A DNA stretch of 55,190 nt, filler included, from Sphacelaria rigidula (Eukaryota): the NCBI GenBank assembly GCA_964200075.2. It is 5 parts of 5 records of this genome, joined end to end, with 100 filler letters (N's around TTAATTAATTAA, not from the genome) between each part and the next. Parts side by side here need not be neighbours in the genome. Positions count along the whole stretch, not along the records: positions 1 to 10,963 come from CAXNAA020005620.1; positions 11,064 to 22,025 come from CAXNAA020005621.1; 3 more parts are not named here. One strand, written 5' to 3'. Below, in pieces: positions 1 to 12,530 of this stretch. The translations under genes were made by a program, and so were the position numbers. The stretch's first letter is position 1; each line of letters begins with the position of its first letter. A model generated the notes under the pieces. The model searched no databases. It was not told the origin of the DNA and worked only from the letters and a program-made list of their open reading frames with translations.

Positions 1-3000
1 AGAATCGTTAGGAGCCTCTAAACCAGACATAATTTCGCGAAAAAAGTGCACCCCTACCGTAGCATTGCTCGAATATGAACCGTTGCGGAGCTCTCGATCT
101 CATACAAAAAACGACTTACGACGTATGTGAGAGCACGTCGCGATTGCCATTCCAGTGCGGGCTAGCAATATCCCAAATGAATTCCAAAACGGGAATGCCC
201 TCACCTATATCCTTGTGTAGCTCCAAACTTCAGCAGCCCCCCTGCACGAGAAAGATCTGGGCCCAAATATGTAACCCCCACCGTATCATAACTCATTGAT
301 CCTATGTGTGATCCTTCCGACCCTTTTGGAGACGAGTCAGCAGGCCTCACGAGATCAACCACCATCTTCCCTCAGTCCGGTAGATGCCTGACATGTTGGA
401 ATCAATCGCACATTTTGACATGCTCCCGCCCCACGATGACAGTGTCCATTTTCTCCCTGCTACTACTGTACACACGCCGTCTCTTTTTCAACGACCGGGA
501 CCAGATACTTGTGAGGGGGAAAATACGTACAGCCAAACATCTGCTGGGAGTCGAACCCCGTAACGCCCTCCGATTAGAAGGTTCATCAATTGGGCGGCAG
601 TGGCAAAAGATACGAAGAAGATTATTCAGCACACCGTAACTCACGGGCGGCAACCTACAACCTCAAAGTGTACCCACGAGACCCCAAATGTTGTCATTCG
701 GTGATTCTGTACGGAAGCGGGTGAGGGGTGGGGGTGGGGTATTCATGAAGTTATGATCCAGTATCCCGTGGTGTAGACCCGGAGGAACCATTTCCGACAC
801 ACACAAAACCCGCAGTACCCCAACGCTCCAGAGCTCATGGACATGAACGTACCGTAGCTTACGAGACACGCAGCACTACGCGAAGAGACGTCAAGACCCG
901 CTGGGACACACGAATTTCGATATATCGAAGAACCATATTTTGCTCTTTTGGGGTGCGCAAATGTTGGAGTTTCCCTCCGATATGGGAGGGGGTGGGGGGA
1001 AGGGCACTATTTGCGCATCTACGGAGCCCCCCTGGTGTGACCGGCAGGTCGGCAAACCACCGCGCGGTCATGAAGGATGGGTTGCAGCGGGAAAGTGATG
1101 GGTCCCGGTTGTTATATCAATTGGTTTCTACAAGGCTTCGTAAGCATGCCGACGGGACTGGAGAAGCAACGCAGGATCTGATGGTGGTGTGGGTCAAGGT
1201 CTCTTCCAACCCATCAATACGCCTGAACGTATATCCGTCCCACATATCTGAAGTGGCAATCACTTGAACGCTGGTGCGAAATCTTTCCAAATCTACTTGA
1301 TCAAAGACCTGCTCTGGCCAGTTTATACACCGGAATCTCCCTACTGTAAAATCCTTCATTCAGCTATGGTGAAAACTGTTCAGATACGCTCGCGATGACG
1401 ATGGTATGCCTGACCCTGACCCTCAGCGTACCTTGGACTTCAAGAGGTGGTAGCTAACGTGGCTGGGTGCGTTGTCCTCTGGTACCATCTTCTCAATTGA
1501 TACGTTAGCTCCTATATAGCCTGCTCACTACTCGAGCATCGCTGTCACTATCCAACCGACCGACCGCTTCTTGGCAACATGGCATACTGTACACAGGAAT
1601 GAAACAAAAATGAAAAACAGATAGAGAAGACAGGGTGAAGGCCGCTACGCCAATTAACTGCAGGCTGTGAGACCCCGCCTCCCCTCCCCGCCCCCCGCTG
1701 AAGAGGCCTTCGGTAATGGCGGAAAATACCGGCCGATCTTTCCCCTCCGTCTCTGCATTGTTGACACAATTGAAGGAACTCCTTCCCCATCAAGGGACCC
1801 CCTGCGTGTACGCACCACGGAAGCGAGAAGGCTCGTACATGTTCCATATTGGGGGGAAAGGGCGTACTTATTTGTTGTTTGTCGTGGTCGTTTGACCATC
1901 GACCACGCATCCCTCCCGAGACGGAGCATCGCTGATGGAGACACCTCCAACATTTCGGTGCTCATGAGGCTTTTTTACACATCACACATAACCTTTTACA
2001 TACCCCCGCCTTCTTTCGTCTCCTGTGGCCACCATATATCTCCTTGTATGGCCATCGTTTTCCTCCTACAGTCAAGTGGAGGTGGGGGAGGGGGAGGGGC
2101 GGGAAGTATGGGATTTGATAGCACTCTGGGTTCAAGCTGAAAATCACCCAAGCTCTTGCGTTACACGCCTCTGCGTATCACTCCACGACAGCACCCCTGA
2201 CTGCATGTGGTTGCAATTTTCGCTCCATTTTCCCCGCTCCAACTCCAGCTCAGTCCTGATCCCATCTGGATTATGATAGAATACGGCTTTGCTTGATTCG
2301 CGAAGCACATAGAACGACGAACAGATCCAGACTTGGTGCGCATCGGCGAGAATCTGTGAATGATTTTGGAAGCGCCAATGATGGGAGGGGCCAAGGAGTG
2401 CACGTGGTTGGAACGGAGAAATGCACCGTACAGGACCGGTGGATAACAAATGATATACTGAAGCTAGCAACGCGTAACACGCGCACCGCCAGATCGAATC
2501 TTGATATCAATGTTCGTGACAAACATGCGCTATACGGGGGCTTGATGAATGCTGTCGGCACACACAGTACACACCGGTGGGCGACAATATTTTGAGGAAT
2601 AACGTGGACTAGGGCCGCCTCTCACGAACGGGGTTCTGTACAGACAACTTGTGCAGGTTGGGTTGTCAAGCACGGGGATTTCGGCGACGATCGTAGAGTA
2701 CTACGGTCCGTGACGAAATACAATTCAGCAATACAAACTTGCGTGCCCTCGTCTTAAAAAAACGATCGAACTAATTGATGCATTGACCGATGGATTGATT
2801 GTTACACACTAACTGAAGTAATCCCTTTCTTCGCATCACTTCTCCTTGCTTCATACCTCTTCTTCCCCTCTTTTTGGTACGTTTAATGTTGGTCCGTTTG
2901 TCGTTCTGTCTTTGCTTCAGCGCCGTGACAGCGTTTGTGTATCGCTCCTGCAGAGCTTGTGGGCGAGACCTCTGGGCCACGATTTTTGCTCCCTACATTC

Positions 3001-3864
3001 CTGAGCACCATCCTGCTCCCACGGCAAGACTCATCTCGTTTAGTTTCGTTGCCTCGTGGTTTGTTCTTGTACGACCTGCTCACCGGAAGCCATGGGGCAG
3101 GTGTCATGGTTATTTTTCCTTTCCCGGGCCGCAATTGGATCCTCTTGATAGCTTTGCAGGTCTTCTCTTTTTTTCACCTACCCCTGAATGTTTCCAATAT
3201 TTAATCTCGTTTTTCTCCACGTTCGACTTCAACCCATTTCTCCCTCTCCGTTCTGTTGGCGTATGTTTCCTTCTCGAGATGCATTCAGCGAGTGTTTTAC
3301 TGTTATGGGTGGGACTGGGGCCCGATTTTGGGTACTATATTTCGGGAAAATGGATCACGAACGCTATGTGCGGAAGAACTGGACCGTAATCAGACGAATC
3401 ATATCAATAAAAAATAAATGCGTCACCTAGAAACAACGACCTGGCTCATATGAAATGTACTATAAACATGGTACATATCTTCAAGCCTGTGAGTGCCAGG
3501 TGTTGAGATGATTTTGTTCCTCCGCATAATTCGCTCCAGATCAGTGGGTGCAAACTCTTGGTGCACTACTCATAGTGTTTAGCTGCTGTACTACTCGGGA
3601 AGCGCACGCGCCCGAGCTGCCACCCCACGTTTACCACCATTGCGAATATAACAAGACAAGAAGACGAACAGCAGCACTTGTGGCCGCCACACACCAACGC
3701 ATCTGCAGTGAAAGGCGTGCCTGACATCGTGCTAGAACGAGAGAGTACGGAATTTTGGATACCATGGGCAGCAGCGTCGCGCATCCCTTGGGTTCTCTCT
3801 CGAAAACGTCTGTCACAAGACGGCCGTGTTTCATCGGTGAACTCGTCCCCTACAAGCCAAGGGG

Positions 3865-4700
3865 TGAAAGGGCATTCACTCATGATAAGTGAGGTTGTCC
3901 TTTGTACACATCCCCACAGAACAGAGCAGCACATGGCAGACCGCCACCAAAGCAAATGTCGTGACATTGGTGCCAAATAATAGCATCTGGTCGAAGATGC
4001 AAGTTGGTGTAAATCGTATGGTTTACATACTGTTTTCAGTATGTACAGGCAGTCAGTTGAAATATGGTGGATCTGTTGGCCTGTTCATATATAGTCAGTG
4101 TGTAGTCTAAATAAAAAATCGCACTTGGCGCCCTGGTTTCTCCGCTGGAACCCTCAGATCCAACAGCCGAAGTTCATGTGATACGTCGCCCTCTGCGACT
4201 CAATACATGAAGAACACTCGCTGTTGAAAGGCTAATTTTCTCATTGTGCACAGCCGTACAAAACGAGTCAGCACCTGGCGGCACGCCACAAAGTGAAACA
4301 CCGTCACACACTGCTCGCTGCGAGAGAAAAATATGCAGCCCAAAACGAAGCTGTCGACCGTCGCATAGTTTGCATCTCACTCTTATACTAGTATATACAA
4401 ACAGACAATACGAAGTACATGATCACAACAGTCGCTAGCAGATGTAAGGCAGTGCAAGTACTACAACCGCTCCAGACGTGTCGGCTTCTGCACTGGAGCT
4501 CTGACACGAAGCAGCCGCTAGCTTTGTCTTTCTTCCGTGAACTCCCCCTCTGAAATTCGACACTTGAAGGGATACTCGCTGTTAAAAGGCGAAATTGCCT
4601 GTTGTGTACAGCCGCACAGAACTAAGCAGCAGCGCCTGCCGACACGCACCAAACTTCATGTCGTGACAACTTGCGGCGAGAAAAGACAACATGCGCACCG
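3865..4700. repeat. Three degenerate direct repeats, period ~340-360 bp
   Basis: Related blocks gaag...actcgctgtt.aaagg...tgt.cacagcc.cacagaac...cagcac.tg...caccaaa...gtcgtgaca at ~3865, ~4207 and ~4564. Confidence 0.6.
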
Positions 4701-7575
4701 ATGTTTTTTCTATTTGCGATAGTGGACCTCTATTATAATACTCGTAGCGCTAGACACTAATCCTCAACCCAAAAGTGCCGATCGCGCGACGCGTAGAACT
4801 CAGTGACGAAGCAGAGGATTGGACTGCCGTTTCTTGCGTGTGCTTCCCACACACCCAAGCTAGGTCAGCCTAATTCACTATTTCGTTTGAGCGTGATACT
4901 GAGCCGCAACACCCTCAAACGTACAAAATTGAGATGTTTTGCGCTCTGGGAGGGGGTTTTCTCGCTGCTGGCGCGACGCCAGGAAAATGTGAAATGGATT
5001 CACCTAGATCTTGTGTGTATGCGGGGGTGTGTGAAGTGCCGTAGGCTGGCTCGCTTCCTGTGTCGAGAACCGCGCGATCTCCCGTGCTAGAGCTGTCCCA
5101 CAGTAAATCAAGTTTATAAGTGATGAAGCGTGCGTTCTGCTCGAGAGGGCCTCGGCACAGGTGCAACCACCTACTGACGTGTTCATTATTCGTCCGCACT
5201 TATGTTTTTTTTGGTTTGCCGCTGATTTTTGGTCGTTAGGCCCTCCAGTCCCACCCATAACTGTCTCAAGTTGGATACGTTCATCTCATGACGACGGCTG
5301 TATTCGTAGCGAATCAACCAATGTACGACGATCGATCAATCTATCAGTTAATCAACTCGCTTCAGAAAATCTGCACAGCAATAGATGCAGTAGAACTGCT
5401 TATTAAGGCCAGTGAATTCTGTCAACAACAATATGTTGCCACATATTGCCATTGGTTAGCAGCAGAACCGATATACCAATATATTTCTACGCATGCTCTG
5501 GTCATCATACACTGAATATACACGTTGCTGCTCTTGTTTAGCTGCTGTGTCATTCGACCAGGCTACTGCGCACAGAAACCGCAGTAGCACACCTTAACGG
5601 GGGACCAGGGGCATAAACAACAGCCCCAGCTTTGAAGGTGCATCTAATAACAGCTCAAAGTCAGTGATCTAGGCGATTCTCAGCAGACATCAAACCACAC
5701 TGACTATAGTACTTTCGTAGCCACATTTTTTCGGAATAATTGAAGCCCGTGCGCGCAAATCGCTGCTCTCGTGCGGCCAGTCATGAGCTGGATTTTAAAC
5801 CTAGAGGAAGGCAAAAGGCGTATTTTCCGTGCCTCCAGCGGCGCCTCAGATTAGGCTCCTCACCAATCGGGGGGCGGCGGGGGGGCGCGCTCGGGCTGCG
5901 CCTGGGGCTTGTGCCTGCAGCACGAGGATCTCGGCCGCGCCTCCACAACACCAATACATCGCAATGTCTTGCTGATGCAACGGTATATTGTTGAAAAGAG
6001 CTCAAAAAATACACGTATAGTGTTAATGAAACCGACCGTGACATACACAGCTCTAATGCACACAGATGAGTACGGAGCTTTGGATGTCCAAGACTCCTTG
6101 CGTTAAGGAAAAATGGGCGTAATCGTCTGCGGAAAATGGGGCGTACTTTAGTTTCAGTTTACAGTTTCCAAAGCGCGGACGAATCGGATCATGCTTAATG
6201 GGTACACGCTTCTTGGTCAAACCAATAACGCGATTTGTTTCAACTTGTTGCGATTAATTCATCAGTAAAAAGGAGTTGTGTTTGGTGCATGGTTTCCAAT
6301 TGTAACCACCTGTGATCACTCGCATCTCCCATGCGTGATGCGTGTACTATGCCCACAAGTGATATGTCTGGAACAGATCATATGAATCGTTATGTCTGAT
6401 GTGGGTACGGTTGGGGGTAGGCAAGTGATTAGACGCAGCACCATCTGGGTATACCATGTTACCAAGTCACCGCGATGGCTGGGGAGAGTCCACAACACTC
6501 CCTAAGCCTTACGGTCCGGATGGACGAGTCATCGACAAACAATGAGGCGTGCCTTAGACATTCCCGCAAGACCAAGTTCCAGTAACACGCTTTCACTCAG
6601 CCAACCACATCGTAGCTGTTTGAGGTACTTGTGGTACATTTCAATTCCAAGCATGGAGCTTTGGAGGGCAGTAGCCTTTCCTTTCGAGCCGCACATGACA
6701 ACAGCGTACTCTCTCCCTTCCGACGTATGGGGTGCATGATATACGAAATCGAGGGTCAATGGCCCACATGTCCGGCAACACGTCAGCTACAGTGCTCAGC
6801 GTGGAATCCTCAGCTATGTGACAGCGCCGGACTAAGCTCACAGGAACTACTGCCTCAGCTCCCACGCCTGATGCACATGCCCGTCTTGGTGGTGATGCAC
6901 GACGAACGCGGATGCGTGGGGCCGCTGTACAGCACTGAGGAATGGCCAATGTTCAGCCTTCGTTGAAGGAAGCGCGAACACATACATTTCGTGTCGCCAG
7001 TGCTGCACATCTTCACACGGCTTTCTATAGTGCACTGTGCATTTGCTTTGATGGAAACAACAACACGACACCCACCTGAGCTTGGCTATCTTCAAAAACC
7101 GAATAATGGACCAGCAGACCGAAATGGAGCATCAACTGTATCGTGTACATAGCACCACGCTATGTTTATGCTGGCATGCGGCGTATCGCATCGACATCAA
7201 TCGAACATTGCCTCGAGTGGTCCAACTTTGACAGTGATGTGCATTGCTGATCAGTCGCATCTACCCTGTTTGCCTCTGCAGGTATTGAAAAAACACATAT
7301 TTGGCGGAGATAAAACACTGGGGGGCGGCGAGAGCGGCCTAGAGACGGCGCGAGCTGTTGTGCGCTTGATGTGTACCACCAGTGTTGGAAAATCCAGACC
7401 GCACAACTGCGACTTCATGGTCGGTGAAAAATAATTACAACCGGTTCAGGTTCACCTCGCCACCCCGACACCGCGACAGGCACCACCCACTCTACAACAC
7501 TGCTACCCACGATTATCCTACAGCAGTGCTCGTCTGATCAGCACGTGCTGACGCCGCCGAACAGTCACTTACCGC

Positions 7576-9114
7576 TTACAAGAAGCTCACGATGAGGCGA
7601 AACAAGCTCTCCTGCGCCAATCCGACCACCCTAGCCTCCGTCTTACGCAGGCTACCATGAGCCTCGTGTCCACCGCCCACCATGTTCGAAAGAGTGCCGC
7701 CTACCCCTTCATCTCCAGAACACGCCTGTATCTTGGCCTGCGTACGACGGCCGACTCCGGACCTCTGCCGTTTCATACCACGACCAACGCCTTCATTGCT
7801 ACGAACTAAACCGAGGCGACTTCTGTTGTCAAACGCGCGGCACAGAACCAGCAACCGCCGTCGACGCCATGCCCTATCCGCCGGAGCACGTTCCAGTTGG
7901 CTCAAAATATTGTGGCCCGCCTCTGTTTTCGCCTCCGCTGTCATCTCTGCCGTTGTAGGGGAGATTCCGACCAATTGGTGGGCAGAGAGGCCCCCGTTGT
8001 CAACAATAGTATAATCGGCACCTCGTCTAAGGAGGAGCTCAACGGCTTCCTGTTGTAGATGCGTGCATGCAAACGCTAGTGGGGATCGTCCTTCTATGTC
8101 CAGGGCATCAATATCCGCCTTGTTGCCGCCCCGCAGTAAGACACGCATTGCATCGAGGTTGCCCTTGTAGGCTGCGCAATGAAGAGGTGACCACTTGATC
8201 TGGTCGTTAATACGAGCGTCGACGTCGGCGCCTGCCTCGACAAGTGCTTCCACAGCGCACGCTTGATTTCTCTCCGCCGCAAGGTGCAGCGCTGTTATGC
8301 CGATGGCGCTACGCGACATCACATCAGCCCCGTGCCGCAGTAGTGCCTTCATGATGTCTACATGCCCCTTGGAAGCCGCCGCGTCCAGCGCGGAACAATC
8401 ATCGCTATCCCTCAAGCCCACGTCCGCTCCGGCAGCCAACAGAGCTTCAACTGTGGAAAGGTGCCCACGATAGGTAGCTAGGTATAGCGGAGATATGTCA
8501 TGATGACCCCGTATGTTGATATCTGCATCATTCCGCAGCAGGGAAGACACAATTTCATCTCGCCCAAAACTGGCCGCGATGAGGATGGGAGCGTTGCCGA
8601 TTTCGTCTGAGCAGTTTGGAGGAGCTCCGTTGTCGAGAAGTTCGTCGACGACATGTTTGTGATTACCAAGTACTGCCAAATGCAAAGGGCTGCGCCCGTC
8701 GCGGTCTACACACTCTACATCTGCCCCTGACATCAACAGGAGTTTCACTATACTGGTATGCCCACCGGATGCCGCATGGTGCAACGGCGATTGTCGCTTC
8801 TCCCCAGAGCGGGTGTTCACATCCGGCGTAGCAGCTGCCGTCAGTAAGGCCGCCACCACCTCGTGATGTCCACCTTGAACTGAAACAGACAGACTGCGAC
8901 TGTGCCAACCTTTCCAGCCCGCATTTCCCCCAGCCCCAGCTGTGAGCATGTCATTCACTAGCCCAACATCACCTGTAGCCGCTGCATGCTCGAGCGGCAC
9001 TCTCAGCCAGCCAACCCACTGCTTCGGTGTTGCCCTCTCGTACACAAGATTGATCAACCGTAGTGCCTTCTCGTTAGACTGTAGGAGGGGGGCTCTGCTG
9101 CTAGACATTGCCAT
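7576..9114 (-). CDS. Intronless ankyrin-repeat protein (~512 aa), brown-algal/phaeovirus-like family
   Basis: About 10 canonical ANK repeats (SPLHHAASGGH, SPLHLAVLGNH, SPLYLATYRGH, TALHLAAERNQ, SPLHCAAYKGN). N-terminal motif LVYERATPKQWVGWLRVPLEHAA; C-terminal RAPADRAWRRR...LFRLIVSFL*. The frame is open to 9420, but the ATG at 9114 (MAMSS) is the likely start. Confidence 0.9.
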   Translation of the reverse strand: MAMSSSRAPLLQSNEKALRLINLVYERATPKQWVGWLRVPLEHAAATGDVGLVNDMLTAGAGGNAGWKGWHSRSLSVSVQGGHHEVVAALLTAAATPDVNTRSGEKRQSPLHHAASGGHTSIVKLLLMSGADVECVDRDGRSPLHLAVLGNHKHVVDELLDNGAPPNCSDEIGNAPILIAASFGRDEIVSSLLRNDADINIRGHHDISPLYLATYRGHLSTVEALLAAGADVGLRDSDDCSALDAAASKGHVDIMKALLRHGADVMSRSAIGITALHLAAERNQACAVEALVEAGADVDARINDQIKWSPLHCAAYKGNLDAMRVLLRGGNKADIDALDIEGRSPLAFACTHLQQEAVELLLRRGADYTIVDNGGLSAHQLVGISPTTAEMTAEAKTEAGHNILSQLERAPADRAWRRRRLLVLCRAFDNRSRLGLVRSNEGVGRGMKRQRSGVGRRTQAKIQACSGDEGVGGTLSNMVGGGHEAHGSLRKTEARVVGLAQESLFRLIVSFL

Positions 9115-9434
9115 TGGGATGCTTCGGTGGAGAGCACGAAACGTTTGATCACTGTACCTAAGCACTCGATTATGGAGAGAATGAAAGGCCGTAAATGGAG
9201 AGTATCCCCCTCTCTGAACCCTCGTGTCAGGCGCACAGTATCTCCTTCTTTGTTGCGGTAGGTTGTCCCACGCCGACGTTACTGGTGGAGAGTTACTGTG
9301 TTTTTCATGGGTATATTCGACTCTTTCGAGGGTCATACGGTATTTCCGACCCGTAGTCGTACCAAGCCGCGTCACATGGGAACAGACGAGCTGCGTTACA
9401 GCTTTACCCCTAGACTGCAAGGGTAGTCCATCTG

Positions 9435-9694
9435 GGAGTGATGCTGCGATAGGGTCTGCACTTTTGGGGCCAAAACCGGCCTGATTCAGGGGTTCCTAAA
9501 ATTAGGAACTACACAAGAATATGGGTCAGGATATCCTCGTTTGCAATTTCATTCGGGATATCCTTAGCAAATTGGAAGAAAAACCCTGGCGTACTCTCAC
9601 CTATTTCGAAAGTCGTGTTTTGGATGAGATGAAGGGTTTCTAACAATTCTACTCTCAGGCCGTAAAAGTGCTGACCCTATCGCAGCATCACTCC
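9435..9694. repeat. Inverted repeat (30/31 nt) of a transposon-end-like motif
   Basis: 9435-9465 ggagtgatgctgcgatagggtctgcactttt versus 9664-9694 aaaagtgctgaccctatcgcagcatcactcc. Related motifs at 42-81 (+) and 10887-10918 (-). Confidence 0.85.
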
Positions 9695-10957
9695 TGGATA
9701 GTGCACATTTTTCCACGTGAAATTGATGCCGAGTCAATAGATGACCCCCACTCTCCTCGTCGTCTGAGGGTTGAAGTATTCTCTTATCCTGGACTAGCTC
9801 TGAAGTCATCCAACTACGATAAGGGGATGGAGGGGGCGGGAGGGGGGGGGCGTACTCATTTGTTGCTTGCCTTAGTCGTGTGACCATTGACCACGCCTCC
9901 CTTTCAANNNNNNNTCCTTGTTGTCTTTTGTGTTTATCGTGGGGTGGGTGGGGGGGGGGGGGGGGGGGGGGGAATATCACCCGTGGATAGATAGCACCTT
10001 GTTGTGGGGCGCACTGTGCAGGGTCCGTACAGGGTCCTCCACAGTCTTCGTGAAAAAACTCTGACAGTGAAAATTCAAACCTGTACCCCTCGTAGCGTTT
10101 TGATGGGGTTTTCCCCAGGGTTGGGTTTACAGCCCTGTGTAGGCTTGTCGGCAAAGCCCAGCACAGTCATGTGGTACAGGCTGGGCCACCTAAGACGCGG
10201 ACAGGGATGTGAACACGCGATTTGACAGCTGAGTTTTAGGTCGTTTTCTATGAAATTTTGACACGGTGTACAGGATATATGTACCAAGACGCCATCTTTT
10301 CCCCCGTATGTTTTTTCCCTTTTGTTTTGACGTTATTCACGATTTTGTTCCACAAGAACTGTTCTGAAATATTTGGTTGCCCATAACTCACGGGGAAAAA
10401 TAAAATAAATTAGAGGGGAAAAGGTGGCGTCTTCGCACATACATCCTATACATCGTGTCATAATTTATTGGAAAACGACCTGAAACTCAGCTGTTGAATC
10501 GCGTGTTCGTGTCCAAGGCTGGTTCCTATACGTGGGGATGAACCAGCCACGAAAAAATGAAACGCGGTTATGCTGTTGAATTTCAAGAATTTTTTCACAA
10601 ATTTTCGACAAGGTGCGCATGAGGTATGTTTTGAACTCCCTATTGTTCCCCCTAGACGAGTAATACAGTTTTGAGAGCAGAGTTGGGAATGTACTCGCCC
10701 GTTTGAAACAGAGATATGAGGAAGTTGACATCAAAATATAGCGTAGAAAACATGCAGAGAGAAAGAGACTGCCAGCTATAATTGATAAGGCTGTATGGAA
10801 GAAGATTACGAAAGGGCATGCCATAAGGTGGCATAGAGAAGTCGAGAAAGTGTGGAAGGAGATAATAGGAAACCAAGACGAAATATGGTCCATAGGTGAG
10901 TGATGCTACGGTAGGGGTACAGAAATAATTTCTGAGGTTGGAATTCTTAGGAGCCCC
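9489..10957. mobile_element. Putative non-autonomous TIR DNA transposon (PIF/Harbinger-like ends)
   Basis: Left end GGGGTTCCTAAAATT; right end reverse complement GGGGCTCCTAAGAATT; flanks TCA and TTA. No transposase ORF. Confidence 0.4.
10205..10514. mobile_element. Foldback/MITE-like element with ~100-bp imperfect inverted arms
   Basis: gaacacgcgatttgacagctgagttttaggtcgttttc...gacacggtgtacagga...aagacgccatcttt (10211-10305) is the reverse complement, with scattered mismatches, of ~10415-10508. Confidence 0.8.
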
Positions 10958-10963
10958 TTATCT

Positions 10964-11063
10964 NNNNNNNNNNNNNNNNNNNNNNNNNNNNNNNNNNNNN
11001 NNNNNNNTTAATTAATTAANNNNNNNNNNNNNNNNNNNNNNNNNNNNNNNNNNNNNNNNNNNN
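10964..11063. other. Artificial scaffold spacer (N44-TTAATTAATTAA-N44); also at 22026-22125, 33083-33182, 44138-44237
   Basis: Four identical 100-nt spacers with an all-frame stop linker separate contigs of monotonically decreasing length. Confidence 0.98.
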
Positions 11064-12530
11064 CGCTCTGTGTTACTCTTTTGTATCTTCCCTGCAATGG
11101 AGGGATGGGACTTCAACCTCATTTTATGTTGTCTGGGTATAACCATGTCAGTGAGGATACTAGAGTCGGGCTCGTTAGAAAGATACAGTAGTACGAAGAC
11201 AAAATTAGAGAGAGAAATAAAACGGGGGTCTATTCTTTCACCTAAAATGGGTGAAAATATTTCTTACTTCGGCCTCTTTGGGGAATATTTTCGAGAAAAA
11301 AAATCGTGAACGTTTTTCCGAGGATTCTCGAAAAAATCTTAGAAAAAGGTCCAAATTTAGTACCCTACCTGCCCCCTACACCATTCTAGCGATGGACTCG
11401 CCTCCCGGCACATCCCCACCTCGTAAACGGGGCGCCGAGATGTCGGTTGGTGACCGCTACGCAATGGCGACAATGGCTATCGACACTTTTTTTTCCCCTT
11501 GGGAAAGGCGTGACATACGACCATTTTTGGGCCGACTGTTCTTCGGCCGTTCAGCCGCATGGTTCAAGCACCGGCTGAAAAAACAAGAGCAAATTTTCGA
11601 TCATAAAAGAACGAAGATTCCAACAAAAAAACGAAAAACTCTTCGGACACGGTTGAGGGCCCGTGAAAAATTAGGTACCCTCACTTACGAGACAGTGGAA
11701 GTAATTATATAACGACCCGTACCTATGGACTCAGAGCCTATCCTGGAGGGACGCGGGCCGGTACACTTTGCGAAGATAATGAAAGCCTACCCTATGACTC
11801 CGAGACGTTTGCTTATCACCTATATGTGTTTGATATACAATGGAAAACCCCAAAAAGTACATGATTTTCGTGTCAACGCCTCAGCGACGTACACCTCATC
11901 GCTTGCAGAGCCCGTGTAGTCTTGCTGCTGCCGCCAAGTCGGATGACACAACTTCTGACGGCGAGACCTCGCCACGGGAGTACATCGGAACGAAATACAC
12001 ACGCATTGCCATGAACATGGCTTTACAGAGAGCACTGTAAGAAGCTCGTATTCTTTGCGCCTGGAGAAAACCGCGCGAATGATCGCGTTAACAACGGGAC
12101 GGTACGTCTATGTTACCATCGCACTCTTTGTACGACGGTGACAATCTCCGAAAATAGCGGCATATCTCTGAACGTTTCGTGTACACAGTGAGACGAAGAC
12201 ATCCGCTCTCTCACCCCATCCGCTTCGTCGCGTCGAAGGAGGTGTGTCCTTCTCGATACAAAAATCCTGGAACTCCCCGCAAACTTCCACCAAGAACGTC
12301 TAAGTCCCGACCGGGCATCCCAGGAGAGACTTGCACACATCTCCTGTGACCACCATGCCCGATAGCGAACGTTACCCGCGATATGTCTTTTTCCGGTCAA
12401 GAAAATTCTCCGCAATTTACTTGGGTGCGATGGCTATAGCAGTGTTTTACATCTCTAAACCTAGGTAAGGGTGATCCGGCCGTGCTTGCTGCACAGTACC
12501 GTGACGCTAGAAGTGAACCGCAGAGTTACC

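Noticed and set aside
9115-9420. N-terminal 100-aa extension of the ankyrin ORF
   Set aside because: Begins at a non-ATG codon and has no recognisable features; more likely 5' UTR or promoter, although an upstream in-frame ATG exists.
11008-11019. TTAATTAATTAA recurring every ~11 kb as a biological periodic motif
   Set aside because: Assembly spacer embedded in Ns.
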